A stretch of DNA of 64,000 bases from an uncultured Chloroflexia bacterium (GCA_963797095.1 CAWCNY010000002.1:192001-256000); one strand, 5' to 3'. Positions 51,040 to 61,676 are shown, counted from the stretch's first letter. Made by a program: numbers and translations. Notes: generated by a model not told the origin, from the letters alone.

Positions 51040-52173
51040 ATGGCCGACAGGGAAGATATGGACAAGCGCGCGGAAGTGCGCCTGACCACCCTGGCCCAAT
51101 GCGCCGGTTGAGCCGGCAAGATGGGTCCTGGTGACCTGGCGCAGGTGCTGCGCCCCCTCGTACAACATTCACACCCTGACCTGATCGTCGGCCTCGCGCC
51201 TGGCGATGACGGTGTCGTTTACGTCATAGACCGGAACGGCCCGAACCCGCGCGCCCTGGTCCAGACCCTCGACTTCTTCCCGCCCATCGTGGATGACCCC
51301 TACCTGTTCGGCGCGATTGCCGCCGCCAACGCCATGAGCGACGTGTATGCCATGGGCGGTGAGCCTGCCTTCGCACTCAATATCGTTGGCTTCCCGCAGG
51401 ATCTGGACAAGTCCATCCTCACCGATATTTTGAGGGGAGGCATGGACAAGGTGATTGAGGCAGGCGCTGTGATAGTGGGCGGCCACACCGTCAGCGACCC
51501 CGAACCCAAGTATGGCCTTACCGTTACCGGCTTTGTCGGCCTCAACCATATCATGCGCAAGGAAGGCGCGCATCCAGGCGACCGCCTGCTGCTTACCAAG
51601 CGCATAGGCACAGGCGTGATCACCACCGCCGCCAAGAACGAGCGCGTGCAGCAGCAGCACCTCGATGGCACGATCGCCTCTATGCTTCAACTCAACGGAC
51701 CTGCCTCCCGCGTGTTCCGGTGGGCGGGCGTGCGCGCTTGCACCGATGTAACAGGTTTCAGCCTCCTCGGCCATGCGTCCGAAATGGCACAATCAGGCGG
51801 CGTGCAGTTCCGAATTCACGCCTCTGCCGTACCTTTGCTTGATGGCGCGCTCGGCTACGTGAAAGATAAGCAGGTTCCCGGTGGCACAGGCCGCAACCGC
51901 ACCTACCTCCTTTCCAGCTATGACGCTGACGCGGGCGAGCATGAAGCCGCCCACCCCACCGGTTCGCAAACCTTCGTGCGCGTGCGCACCGGAGGCGATA
52001 TCCGCCCGGATTTGATGACGCTGCTGTTCGATCCGCAGACCTCGGGCGGATTGCTCGCAGCCGTTCCGCCCGACCGGGCAGAGGATGTGCGTGTTGCCCT
52101 GGAAGAACAGGGGGTTGGCTGCTGGGAGATCGGAGAAGTGGAAGCCGGTTTAGGCGTCGTAGTGGTTCTGTAA
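51040..52173 (+). CDS. selD: Selenophosphate synthetase SelD, selenoprotein form (UGA at 51109-51111 read as Sec)
   Basis: ATG 51040 is in frame: ...VRLTTLAQCAG-UGA-AGKMGP; later QTLDFFPPIVDDP, ANAMSDVYAMGG, GGHT, TDVTGF, DPQTSGGLL. Confidence 0.92.
51112..51150 (+). promoter_or_regulatory. Candidate bacterial SECIS hairpin
   Basis: GGGTC-CTGGT-GACCT stem-loop with a G-containing loop, starting 12 nt after the UGA. Confidence 0.5.
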
Positions 52174-52181
52174 CATTATTT

Positions 52182-53293
52182 GTGGCAAAATTGCCATATT
52201 TGGTTCTTGATCCTGATCCATTGTTCGTGGAAGCGAAGCCACTGTGCGTATGGGCTTTACGGGGAAGTGGGCGCGGAACATGGGTAGTGTTCGGTGGCAC
52301 ACTGGTCGGGGCTTGTCTGCTGTGGGCGGTGCCGCTGCTGGCGCTCTCAGGCGGCATCTTTGCGTATTTGCGTGAGAATTCCTCCTGGCGAGCGCTGTAA
52401 TGGCATGCACTTCGGTGTTCGAAGTGGGCTTGCCTGGGCTGATGCACAATGTCATCTTCGCGATTCTGGGTCTCGTGACGGGCCTGGGGTTGGGGTTTGT
52501 GCCGCTTGGATTGTGGGCGCTGAGGCTGGTACATTTCAGCCTGGCCGGCCTTGTGCGCGCATTCCTCGCGCTGTGGACCGCTCCCGCGCTGCTCTTTTAT
52601 GCCGTCAGCCACGTTGGGCAATATGGGTATTTTCTGGTGGTGCTGCCGCCGCTTGCCATCCTTGCTGCCGTGGCTGCGTGGGTGCTGGGGCTGCATATGG
52701 CGGCATGGCATTCAAACCTTGATTTGCGCGTGCGTGGAGCAAACATGGGGATGGTTGCCTGCATAGCGGTCGCCCTTTTCTCATTGGCCTATTTTGCGGT
52801 CGCGCAAGGGCCTGTAACCGCTTCGTCTATTGAGCAAAACGATACCCACTGGCGAGCTTTGCAAATCGGTTTGCGCAAGTTCGATCCTGTATCCACCGTG
52901 CTGGTGACCGACATCACCCGGGATAGTCCATTTCGGGAGGCCGGGTATTTGCTCCCGCAATGTCGCTTGTATGGGATCGACGTGAATGAGGATGGGGCGC
53001 TCAAATGGCTCTACTCAGCTAATGGCGGAGAGTCTGATTATTCCCTCCCGATGCCCGCAGGCCGCGATCTGGTCGATCTCCCGGCAAGCACTACGACTGT
53101 CATAGCCCTCGATGCGCTTACGGCAGAGCGGCCTGGCACCGGTGGCTTATTGGATTGCGTGCGACTGGCTGACGGCTCGACCATGTATGTGTTGAGGGAA
53201 GGCCACCCGCTTTCGTCGCCTTCGCTTGAATGTGGAAAGATCACCCCTATCGAGAGAACTTCGGCCAGACCCATTCGTCCCATCTCAAGCTAG
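52182..53293 (+). pseudogene. Probable truncated or split membrane-protein gene (GT-C/DUF2723-like C-terminal part)
   Basis: Two abutting hydrophobic ORFs (52182-52400 and 52400-53293); motif LWTAPALLFY..SHVGQYGY; no convincing N-terminus. Confidence 0.4.
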
Positions 53294-53531
53294 ACATAAC
53301 ATCCTATTGACTCGGCGCATCCTATGGCGCTATTATTCGTTATGTATAGTAGCAGGCGTGATGCCTGTGATGAATCTGTGCCTTGCCCTTACCCGAATTG
53401 TGCATTTCCTGATATCCACACCCACAATAAGCGAAACTATTGGCAGCAATATAACGCTATAACGCACCGGCGAGAAGTTATAAGCACCACGCGAAAACGA
53501 CCGGTCCGCCCTATCCCGGAGGTCACTCGAA

Positions 53532-54716
53532 ATGAAATTCAACACGGCCAATAAGCCCTTTGCTCAACACCTGGGCCGCTGGCTTGCTATCCTGGCTGTC
53601 TCTATCAGCCTGTTGGCCGGTACTCTCGGCATTGCCCACGCCGACACTCGCTATACAGTCCAACCGGGCGACACCCTTTCGGGAATTGCCCTGCGCTACG
53701 GTGTTACGGTTGATGCTATCGTAGTAGCCAACAACCTCCCCAGCCGCTCAGTAATTTATGCGGGCCAATCTCTCATAATCCCTTCGGCAGGTGCGTCGCA
53801 GTCGCAAGGGACCACACAGACCACAGGCGGTAAATACACGGTCCAGTCGGGCGATAGCCTCACTTCCGTGGCGGCCAGGTTCGGAATTACCAGGCAAACC
53901 CTTGCCGCCGCCAACGGCATTTCCGCATCCAGCTATCTGTATGTAGGTCAGGTGCTGACTATTCCGGGCGCTGCGCAAACGCAACCCGATCCGCCCAAGA
54001 CACAGCCCACCAATACGCCGCAACCCCCGCCCACAGCTACATCTATACCGCCGACAGCCGTGCCGACCACCACCGCTGAGCCGGTGCAGGCCCCCTCCGA
54101 TGCCGACAAAGGCAAGCCGGTCAAGTACACTGTTCAGTCCGGCGACACCCTCAGCAAGATCGCCGTGCAGTTCCATACCACAGTCAATAACCTCCAGAGC
54201 CTGAACAACCTGGGCAATACGAACTACATCTACGTGGGCCAAGTGCTCATTATCGTGGCGGGCAACGACCAGGATACCGGGCCGGCTGGTACCGCCACCG
54301 CAGCGCCTACGGCCAGGCCGGAACCGACCCCACCTATGGGTAAGTACGGCCCCAAGTGGGTTGATGTCGATCTCTCCGACCAGACCATGACCGCCTACGA
54401 AGGCGATACGCCTGTGTACACATCTCGCGTTAGCTCAGGCACCTACGATCATCCCACAGTCGTAGGCACATACAGGGTATATGCCAAGTATGTCACGGCC
54501 AAAATGGAAGGCGGGCAGGGCACTTCGGAATATTACTATATCCCCGACGTTCCCTATACAATGTACTTCTACGGCGGGTATGCTCTGCATGGCGCATACT
54601 GGCACAATAACTTCGGCCACCCTATGAGCCACGGTTGCGTGAACCTGCCGGTGGATGTAGCCAAGTGGATGTTTGACTGGGCACCAATCGGCACTATGGT
54701 TGTTACCCACGAATAA
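53532..54716 (+). CDS. L,D-transpeptidase (YkuD) with three LysM domains
   Basis: YTVQxGDxL x3; ALHGAYWH and SHGCVNL catalytic motif. Confidence 0.93.
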   Translation: MKFNTANKPFAQHLGRWLAILAVSISLLAGTLGIAHADTRYTVQPGDTLSGIALRYGVTVDAIVVANNLPSRSVIYAGQSLIIPSAGASQSQGTTQTTGGKYTVQSGDSLTSVAARFGITRQTLAAANGISASSYLYVGQVLTIPGAAQTQPDPPKTQPTNTPQPPPTATSIPPTAVPTTTAEPVQAPSDADKGKPVKYTVQSGDTLSKIAVQFHTTVNNLQSLNNLGNTNYIYVGQVLIIVAGNDQDTGPAGTATAAPTARPEPTPPMGKYGPKWVDVDLSDQTMTAYEGDTPVYTSRVSSGTYDHPTVVGTYRVYAKYVTAKMEGGQGTSEYYYIPDVPYTMYFYGGYALHGAYWHNNFGHPMSHGCVNLPVDVAKWMFDWAPIGTMVVTHE

Positions 54717-54726
54717 GAGTATATTT

Positions 54727-54771
54727 GAGCAAAGAAGATCGAGCGCCTCAGGCGCTCGATCTTCTTTGCTC
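54727..54771. terminator. Bidirectional palindrome/terminator between convergent genes
   Basis: GAGCAAAGAAGATCGAGCGCCT-C-AGGCGCTCGATCTTCTTTGCTC. Confidence 0.75.
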
Positions 54772-54793
54772 GGAACTACCCAGCCTACCCGGC

Positions 54794-56812
54794 TTACTTG
54801 GGCATATTCTGCAGGGCGGTAAAGGCGGGCCTCGGTGAGAAGTCCGGGTTCAGCACCGACCAGGGCACCTTTTCATCGTTAGATGACAATCCCAGTGTAG
54901 AGAAGTTGAGGTTCCACACCAGCATCACGCCCATCCACGGGTAGTCGTTCTTACCTTTCTCGAAGGCGCGTACCAGGTACTGCGCCTGCAACTCAGGGCT
55001 GATCAACTGTCCGTATTCGTAGCCCGGAGCCACGTTGTAGGTGCTCCAGCCGAACTCGGTGAGCCACATCTGCTTGTTGCCTTCGCCGTTGGCCTGCATC
55101 ACAGCATATTGCTGCTCGATACGCCGGAAGTAGAAGCTGGCTTTGTTCCTCCAGCAAGTACCTTCCTGGCTGGCGTAGATAGGCGGGCAATGGCCGCTAC
55201 CTGGGTTGTCGGGCCATAGCTCATCGGGCGAGTTGCTGTTCGAGCCGGGGTGCGATCCCATCACGTCGTAGTAGTTCTTCACCACGCCGCCTGCATAGTC
55301 ATACACGTCCTGGAGATACTTTACATCGTCTACCGCCAGGTTCGGGTCGTTCACCTCGGTGGGAGTTGGCGCGCCGAAGATCACCACCGCATCAGGGTCG
55401 GCGAACTTGACGCCGCTGTACCCATACTTCAGCAGCTCTACGTATTGCCCGGCGTTCACCGGCCCTCCACTCTCACCTTGCAGGTTAGTTTCGTTCCAAA
55501 TCTCGTAGGCTGCCACCTTGCCTTTGTAGTGCTGGGCCATCATGTACATGAAGTTGCCCAGGTCGAGCGGATTATCAGGCATACCTCCGTTCGTGTTGGG
55601 TGAAGCCCACTTGGGAGATTTGGCAATCGACAGGATCAGTTTCACGCCGTTTCTGTTGGCGGCTTCAACCACGTTGTCAAGCTCGCCCCAGGCGAAGTAA
55701 AGGTTCTGACCTTGCTCGTCGGTCCATGCCACCTGCTGCCGGGCGTATGTGAAGCCTGCCTCCTTCACTTTCTGAAGGACCTTGTCTTTGTCGGTGTAGA
55801 AAAGCTGCACGTTGAAGCCGTAGCCGGGGTGTGGGCCTGTGAGGGGGAATGCCTCGCTGGTGGTGCTAACCCTGCCTGGGCTGAGGTATCGCCAGTCTCG
55901 ATAGTGCGCGCCTATATTGCCCATCTCCACCAGGAAGCCTTCCGGGTTGGAGGGGGTGTAGGTCAATACTCTGCGCTCGTAAGCCTGCACAAGGGTTACG
56001 GCAGGCTTGCCCGCGATCAAGATGGTGGCCCAGTATGCGTCGGAGATAGGCCGCCCGGTGGCATAGAACCAGGGATCGGTTAGCGCCTCTGTGACCGTCT
56101 CCCCGTTCTCGACTACAGGCCCCTGCTGGTTCAGGAAGTCCCACATTGCCTTAGGTACGTTGTGATGGGTCACATCGTCGTAGTAGACATAATCTACATC
56201 CGCCACGGTTGCCTTGCTGGGGTCATCCCCGACCGTGCCGTCTTTTGCGATGGTGGCTGTGGCCTTCTGCCCTGTCTTGTCGGGGTCAGGGTGATCGGTG
56301 CCCGCATTGGCGTGCTGTGCAAACGAAGCGTATGTAGGCGCGTTGGGGTCGTTCGTATCGCCCGCGATCGGTATGTTGGCGGGCTTGCGCGTCTCGAACG
56401 TAGCGTTGCCGGTCTGCATCTGGCCCGAAATAAGCTCGACGGTAAGCAGGCCGTTGGTGATATAGAAGGGGTTGCGCTTATCGCCGTTGGGATCGTTGAT
56501 CTCCATGCGGCTCTTGTCCCAGTACTGCACCAGGCGAGTGCCTGTGCCCTGCGGGTCGTCAACGTACGATTCGCGAGTGGTCCAGAAAGGGGCGGGTCCC
56601 CAGAACCACGAGCGGCTAACGTCACCGGAGGCCACCAGCGAGTCGGTGCGGTCCCACAGCGCCTGGAAGGCCGACGTGTCGGGTGGCTTATCGGGAAACT
56701 GTCCAATAGGAGCTGCCACCGCGCCGGTCGAGCCTATGCCGCCCATCGATGGCAGCATGGTCACCAGGATAGCTGCTGTACCTCCAATCTTGAGAAACCT
56801 CTGTCTGTTCAA
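54794..56812 (-). CDS. Secreted clan GH-A glycoside hydrolase (GH5/GH39-like) with N-terminal cell-surface repeats
   Basis: YEIWNE acid/base, MWLTEFGW nucleophile, VWNLNF; Tat-like NRQRFLK; TTG start with RBS AGGAGG. Confidence 0.8.
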   Translation of the reverse strand: MNRQRFLKIGGTAAILVTMLPSMGGIGSTGAVAAPIGQFPDKPPDTSAFQALWDRTDSLVASGDVSRSWFWGPAPFWTTRESYVDDPQGTGTRLVQYWDKSRMEINDPNGDKRNPFYITNGLLTVELISGQMQTGNATFETRKPANIPIAGDTNDPNAPTYASFAQHANAGTDHPDPDKTGQKATATIAKDGTVGDDPSKATVADVDYVYYDDVTHHNVPKAMWDFLNQQGPVVENGETVTEALTDPWFYATGRPISDAYWATILIAGKPAVTLVQAYERRVLTYTPSNPEGFLVEMGNIGAHYRDWRYLSPGRVSTTSEAFPLTGPHPGYGFNVQLFYTDKDKVLQKVKEAGFTYARQQVAWTDEQGQNLYFAWGELDNVVEAANRNGVKLILSIAKSPKWASPNTNGGMPDNPLDLGNFMYMMAQHYKGKVAAYEIWNETNLQGESGGPVNAGQYVELLKYGYSGVKFADPDAVVIFGAPTPTEVNDPNLAVDDVKYLQDVYDYAGGVVKNYYDVMGSHPGSNSNSPDELWPDNPGSGHCPPIYASQEGTCWRNKASFYFRRIEQQYAVMQANGEGNKQMWLTEFGWSTYNVAPGYEYGQLISPELQAQYLVRAFEKGKNDYPWMGVMLVWNLNFSTLGLSSNDEKVPWSVLNPDFSPRPAFTALQNMPK

Positions 56813-57003
56813 GATAATAACCTCCTGTGCTCTTCGCTCTTCCGCTAAATCACGAAATGCAAACTAATCAGATGCCGCGAGGCAGCATTCCGACACTGCG
56901 CTATATTCAGGCGCATCTCCCTATTATAACGTGCTGTGCAGTAGAGGGTTCTACGCTTATTTCCGTAATTGTCATTATACAGTGGAAAATGATACGTGAG
57001 GTC

Positions 57004-57172
57004 GAGTGACGAGTGACGAGTGGCGAGTAGCGAGTGGCGAGTAGCGAGTAGCGAGTGACGGATAGCGAGTAGCGAGTTAGGTGGATCATAAAGAAACGTG
57101 AGAAGGCAGTATGTGGGCCAGCACTTCTCACGCTTCATGTTTCACTCGCCACTCGTCACTCGTCACTCGTCA
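57004..57172. repeat. Inverted arrays of heptamer repeats (GAGTGAC/GAGTAGC then CACTCGT) around a hairpin
   Basis: Read directly. Confidence 0.85.
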
Positions 57173-58210
57173 CGGAAACAGCGCCACCTTGGCTGCCTTG
57201 CCATCGTTCATCAGTTGGAAGGCTTCCTCGAACTCCTCCAGCTTGAATCTGTGCGTGATCACGGGGGTGGGGTCTACCATGCCGCTGGTTATGAGGGCCT
57301 GCGTCTGGTACCACGTTTCCCAGATCAGGCGGCCTGAAATGCCGTAGATAGTTGCCCCTTTGAAAACCACATCATTTGCGAGGTCAAGCTCGATGGGCCT
57401 GGGTGGTATGCCGAGCATCGATACGCGCCCGCCGTTTCGGAGGGCCGCGAAGCCCTGCTTGATCGCCCGCCAGTTGCCCGACATCTCGCACAGCACGTCC
57501 ACGCCTATGCCGTTGGTCTCTTTCAGGAGCATTTCGACGGGGTCCACCTCGGCGCTGTTGATGGCGAGCGTCGCGCCCATCTCCTCGGCTATCTTGAGGC
57601 GCAAGGGGTTGATGTCGGTTGCGTACACGGCCTTTGCGCCTGCGGCCTTCGCGATGCCCACAGCCCACAGTCCTATCGGCCCGCACCCGGTCACAAGCAC
57701 CGTCTTGGCGGTGACGGGCGCGCTCAGCACGGTATAGACGGCGTTCCCGAACGGCTCCTGTATAGACGCGATCTCAGGGGCCATGTCGGGCGGGTTTTTC
57801 CAGGCTACCTTGGAGGGCACCGCCACGTACTCCGCGTAGCTTCCTGGTCTATCAATGCCCAGTATCTTGATCAAAGGGTCGACATTTGCCTGGCAAATCC
57901 TTGTCTGGAAGGATACATTGCTGGTGATATGTGTTTCCAGTGACACGAAATCCCCGGTCTGCACATCGTGCACGTTCTTACCCACCTCGACTACATCACC
58001 GGAACATTCGTGCCCGAATACCAGCGGTGTCTTGATGCGTGATTGCGCCCAGGGGTCCCAGTTGTAAATATGAAGATCCGTACCGCATATCGAAGCCGCC
58101 CGTATCTTGATCAATACATCATCGGGGCCAATCTGAGGTATGGGAGCATCGATCAATTCCGCGCCCGCTTCAGGTCGTGTCTTGCACAGGGCGCGCATAG
58201 TTTCAGGCAT
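57170..58210 (-). CDS. tdh: L-threonine 3-dehydrogenase
   Basis: SICGTDLHIYNWDPWAQ, GHE, EPFGNAV, GCGPIG, EMSG, GISGR..WETWY, PVITHRF. Confidence 0.82.
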   Translation of the reverse strand: MPETMRALCKTRPEAGAELIDAPIPQIGPDDVLIKIRAASICGTDLHIYNWDPWAQSRIKTPLVFGHECSGDVVEVGKNVHDVQTGDFVSLETHITSNVSFQTRICQANVDPLIKILGIDRPGSYAEYVAVPSKVAWKNPPDMAPEIASIQEPFGNAVYTVLSAPVTAKTVLVTGCGPIGLWAVGIAKAAGAKAVYATDINPLRLKIAEEMGATLAINSAEVDPVEMLLKETNGIGVDVLCEMSGNWRAIKQGFAALRNGGRVSMLGIPPRPIELDLANDVVFKGATIYGISGRLIWETWYQTQALITSGMVDPTPVITHRFKLEEFEEAFQLMNDGKAAKVALFP

Positions 58211-58340
58211 ATCTAATACTCTCCTCATTGAGTCGGCCTACGCCGCTGTAGACCTTGGATCAAAGTCACGAATTCTGCCAATCGTAGTATATCACCCGCA
58301 CAAACCCCATGCAACACAGCGCGAATCAACACTTACATCC

Positions 58341-58393
58341 TTGACATTTGCGGATCCTTGATCTATTCTGGGATTACTGACCGGCTGGTCAGT
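58341..58393 (+). promoter_or_regulatory. Sigma70 promoter and TetR operator palindrome
   Basis: TTGACA-17 bp-TATTCT followed by ACTGACC-GGCT-GGTCAGT (58376-58393). Confidence 0.7.
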
Positions 58394-58416
58394 CAGTAAT
58401 GGATCAGGAGCCATGA

Positions 58417-59016
58417 ATGGCGACTCGCCCTGACTTGAGCGAAGTACGAAGAGATCAGATCCTGGATGCCGCCCTCGTCGTGTTTGCCCGATTGGGCTTC
58501 CATACTGCCCGCATGGATGATATTGCCCAGGAGGCGCGCCTGAGCAAAGGGGCGCTCTACTGGTACTTCAAGAGCAAGGACGATATTATCGCCGCTCTGC
58601 TGGATCGCATCTTCCGGCGAGATTTCCAGGGCCTCCAGGACCTCTTGTCCACCGATATCTCAGTCTCAGAGAAGCTTGTGGGTTACACCCGCCAGATGGC
58701 TTCCGAACTGGCAGATATGACTCTTTTCGCGCCTATTGCCTTCGAATTCTACGGAATTGCCGGGCGCAACGATGAAGTAAGGTCGGTGCTCAACCAATAT
58801 CTGCTCAGTTTCCAGGAAGCCTTTAGCTTATTGGTCCGGCAGGGCATCGACAGTGGTGAGTTTCGGGATGTGGACCCGCAGGCTACCGCCACCACCATTT
58901 CGGCCTTGCATGAAGGGCTAGTTCTATTGTGGTTCGTCAATCCCGCTGCCGTGCCTGTGGTCGAGCGTGCTGAATCCTCGATGCGGCTGCTGTTGGATGG
59001 TTTGCGGAAAAAGTAG
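58417..59016 (+). CDS. TetR/AcrR-family transcriptional regulator
   Basis: RRDQILDAA...MDDIA...LSKGALYWYFKSKDD. Confidence 0.92.
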   Translation: MATRPDLSEVRRDQILDAALVVFARLGFHTARMDDIAQEARLSKGALYWYFKSKDDIIAALLDRIFRRDFQGLQDLLSTDISVSEKLVGYTRQMASELADMTLFAPIAFEFYGIAGRNDEVRSVLNQYLLSFQEAFSLLVRQGIDSGEFRDVDPQATATTISALHEGLVLLWFVNPAAVPVVERAESSMRLLLDGLRKK

Positions 59017-59058
59017 GAACGTGCTACCTGACTTTGTCATGGGAAGGAGAAAACCTGT

Positions 59059-60228
59059 ATGAAAGTGCTTATTTCGGGAGGTGGGATCGCAGGTCTAACA
59101 CTCGCCCTCTGTTTGCACAGGAACGGCCACATGCCTCTCATCGTCGAGAAGTCTCCTCGATTGCGCAGCGAGGGCTACATGATCGATTTCTTCGGGCCGG
59201 GCTACGATACCGCAGAAAAGCTGGGTTTGCTGCCGCAACTGGAGGAAATTCACTACCCGATTGCTTATCTCAGTTTTGTTGCTCCGGACGGCAAAGAGCG
59301 TTATGCTCTCCGCTACACAGACTTACGCAAACTCCTCAATAATCACCACTTCAATTTCATGCGCGGCGACCTTGAAAAGCTCTTATATGAGCAGATCGTT
59401 GGCGATATAGAGGTGCGATTCGGCACGAAGATTAGCTCGTTTGAGCAGGATGATAAGCAAGTACATATTACGCTTTCGGATGGCACCGCCGAGTCATTTG
59501 ACCTGCTGGTAGGTGCCGATGGTATTCATTCCTGGGTGCGCTCGAAGGCATTTGACCCTGAAAGCCGCTTCCTCCGCTATCTGGGATACAATACCGGGGC
59601 CTTTGTTATCGATGAACCGCTCCATATTACTGTTCGCCGAGATGCATTTCAGACTTTGACCGAACCTCGCCGCCAGATGGCCGTATATCCGATACGAGGT
59701 GACAGAGTAGCTACTTTCTTCGTTTACAAAGCGGGTCGCGAGCCACTTCCCTCGTACAGCACCGAGGCAGCGCGCGCCGAGTTGCAGCGAGTATTCGGCG
59801 ATCTGGGTTGGGCAGTGCCCCAACTGCTCCAGTACAGCCGCCATGTCGATGATATCTACTTCGATAGTGTGAGTCAGGTTGAGATGCCTGCCTGGAGCGC
59901 GGGCCGGGTGGTGCTGGTGGGAGATGCTTGCCAGTGCCCTTCACTACTCGCCGGGCAGGGCGCTTCAATGGCAATGACCGGCGCCTATGTGCTGGCCGAG
60001 GAGCTATCCATGGCGGGTAGCACAGTTGCATCCGCGCTCGCACGCTACGAGCAGCAAGTCAAGCCCGACATATTGAAGCGGCAGGCATCTGGCCGCAAAA
60101 TTGCGGGTTGGTTTGTGCCAGACAGTCGCTTGCAACTGGTGCTTCGCGACCTTTTCACGCGCTTCTCCACGTGGCCTGTGGTGAGCACGTTCGTCAGTCG
60201 AACGCTCAATGCGGGCAGCAAGGTTTGA
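59059..60228 (+). CDS. FAD-dependent monooxygenase/oxidoreductase
   Basis: GGGIAG, LVGADGIHS, VVLVGDA...GQGASMA. Confidence 0.9.
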   Translation: MKVLISGGGIAGLTLALCLHRNGHMPLIVEKSPRLRSEGYMIDFFGPGYDTAEKLGLLPQLEEIHYPIAYLSFVAPDGKERYALRYTDLRKLLNNHHFNFMRGDLEKLLYEQIVGDIEVRFGTKISSFEQDDKQVHITLSDGTAESFDLLVGADGIHSWVRSKAFDPESRFLRYLGYNTGAFVIDEPLHITVRRDAFQTLTEPRRQMAVYPIRGDRVATFFVYKAGREPLPSYSTEAARAELQRVFGDLGWAVPQLLQYSRHVDDIYFDSVSQVEMPAWSAGRVVLVGDACQCPSLLAGQGASMAMTGAYVLAEELSMAGSTVASALARYEQQVKPDILKRQASGRKIAGWFVPDSRLQLVLRDLFTRFSTWPVVSTFVSRTLNAGSKV

Positions 60229-60237
60229 GAGATCGTG

Positions 60238-60564
60238 CTAAATCGTGATCTCGTTCGTCTTAGCCGCCATAATAAAATCGTTCTCCGACAGCCCTTTGAT
60301 CGCGTGAGTTGTCAGATCAAGGCGCACGCGATTCCACGATATATAAATGTCAGGATGGTGGCCCTCCTGCTCGGCCAGGTCGGCTACACGATTCACAAAC
60401 ACCATCGCGTCCCTGAAGTTCCTGAACTTGAACTTGCGCGTTAGCTTGTTCTCGCCCAGTTCCCACCCCGCCACCTGCTCCATGAGCGCTTCGGCTTCCT
60501 CACTGCTCATCGGCAGTGTCCCGGCCTCGCAGGCTCTGCAATACTTTTGTGTTAGGTTATTCAT
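60238..60564 (-). CDS. Pterin-4-alpha-carbinolamine dehydratase
   Basis: EQEGHHPDI, LTTHAIKGLSENDFIMAAK; start at MNNL with RBS AAGGAG. Confidence 0.9.
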   Translation of the reverse strand: MNNLTQKYCRACEAGTLPMSSEEAEALMEQVAGWELGENKLTRKFKFRNFRDAMVFVNRVADLAEQEGHHPDIYISWNRVRLDLTTHAIKGLSENDFIMAAKTNEITI

Positions 60565-60626
60565 AACGGGGTCTCCTTCTGCTAATGCGATAGTCGGAAC
60601 CAGGAACCAGAAACTCGCACTCCGCA

Positions 60627-61498
60627 CTACTTCTCGCTGCCCACCCATAGCTTTCCGTCGTCAACAATTATCTCTACAGTTCCATCCATATCCGTCCTGC
60701 AGACCTTGATCCCGGCTCCTTCCAGCCTCTCCAGTAGTTCAACTGACGGGTCGCTGCTCCTGTTTCCTATACCTACCGAAATGACCGCCACCTCCGGTCC
60801 TACAGCCCCAAGGAAGCCGGCCGATAGGGCGGTATCGCTCCCGTGATCCGGCACGATCAGCACATCGCTCGCCAGTTCGCTTTCCCCGCCGTACCCAGCA
60901 ACCTTGCCTCATCTGTTTTGCCCAGGCTCTCGGCCAGCAAGATGCTGATACCGTCATATTCTACTTTCATTACAATGGGAGTATGCTCGCTTTTGTCGCC
61001 TTCGGGTGGGTAGAGCACTCTCAGGACTACGTCCGGCTCGCCGTCGAAGCTTACGGTATCGCCGCGTTGCGCGAAGTGCACACTCGCGCCCGACTGCCCG
61101 ACCGCTTCTTTCCATGCACCCTGCACGCTCGTGGTCGTCTCGAACTGGGTTTGTAACACCTGGCTCACCCTCCGTCTACCCAGCAAGTCGACCAGGCCCG
61201 TCACATCCTCCGCTTTTGCGTTGGTCAGCGCTACCATATCCAAGTTGCTCTGCCAGAACGGCAAGTGCCGCCCCACCCCTTCGTTGAGTAGGGTGGCCTC
61301 CGGCCCGCCGTCTATCAAAGTCGTATGTCCACGCGAAGTACGCACGAGCAAAGCGTTGCCCTGCCCCACATCGAGCGCCCACAAGTGCAGTCTCCCATCC
61401 GGCTTCTGTGTCGCCACTACAACCAGCACGATCAGAGCCACCACAGGCACAATAAGTGTCCATATAGGCACCTTCCTGGCTTCGACCATCTCCTTCAT
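60627..61498 (-). pseudogene. ComEC-like MBL-fold domain gene, frameshifted near 60880
   Basis: LDVGQGNA and LIDGG in the first frame; VLIVPDHGS, AVISVG, RTDMDG in the second. The HxHxDH motif is degenerate. Confidence 0.7.
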
Positions 61499-61676
61499 CG
61501 GCGTGACTATACCACATTGAGCTTGGGTATTGTTATGATAGCGCATTAGCCCCTTTGCAGAATGGGGCTTTGTGGCAGGATGCACGCGAATCTTCTAGCG
61601 CCCACACCCGAACCCGCGACATCATCCCCTCGCCCTACCGTGTCTACAAGCAGCACCTTCTTTTGCGTCATCCATT

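Noticed and set aside
44204-52173. Class V aminotransferase and selD as one selenium operon
   Set aside because: Separated by three unrelated genes and a palindrome; no direct support.
53294-53531. Possible c-di-AMP (ydaO) riboswitch upstream of the LysM transpeptidase
   Set aside because: The conserved GCTGAATCC / GGAACGGGG motifs are not visible.
60870-60895. Programmed -1 frameshift at GGGGAAAG in the ComEC-like gene
   Set aside because: The run is not in X XXY YYZ register for the upstream frame; mutation or sequencing error is more likely.
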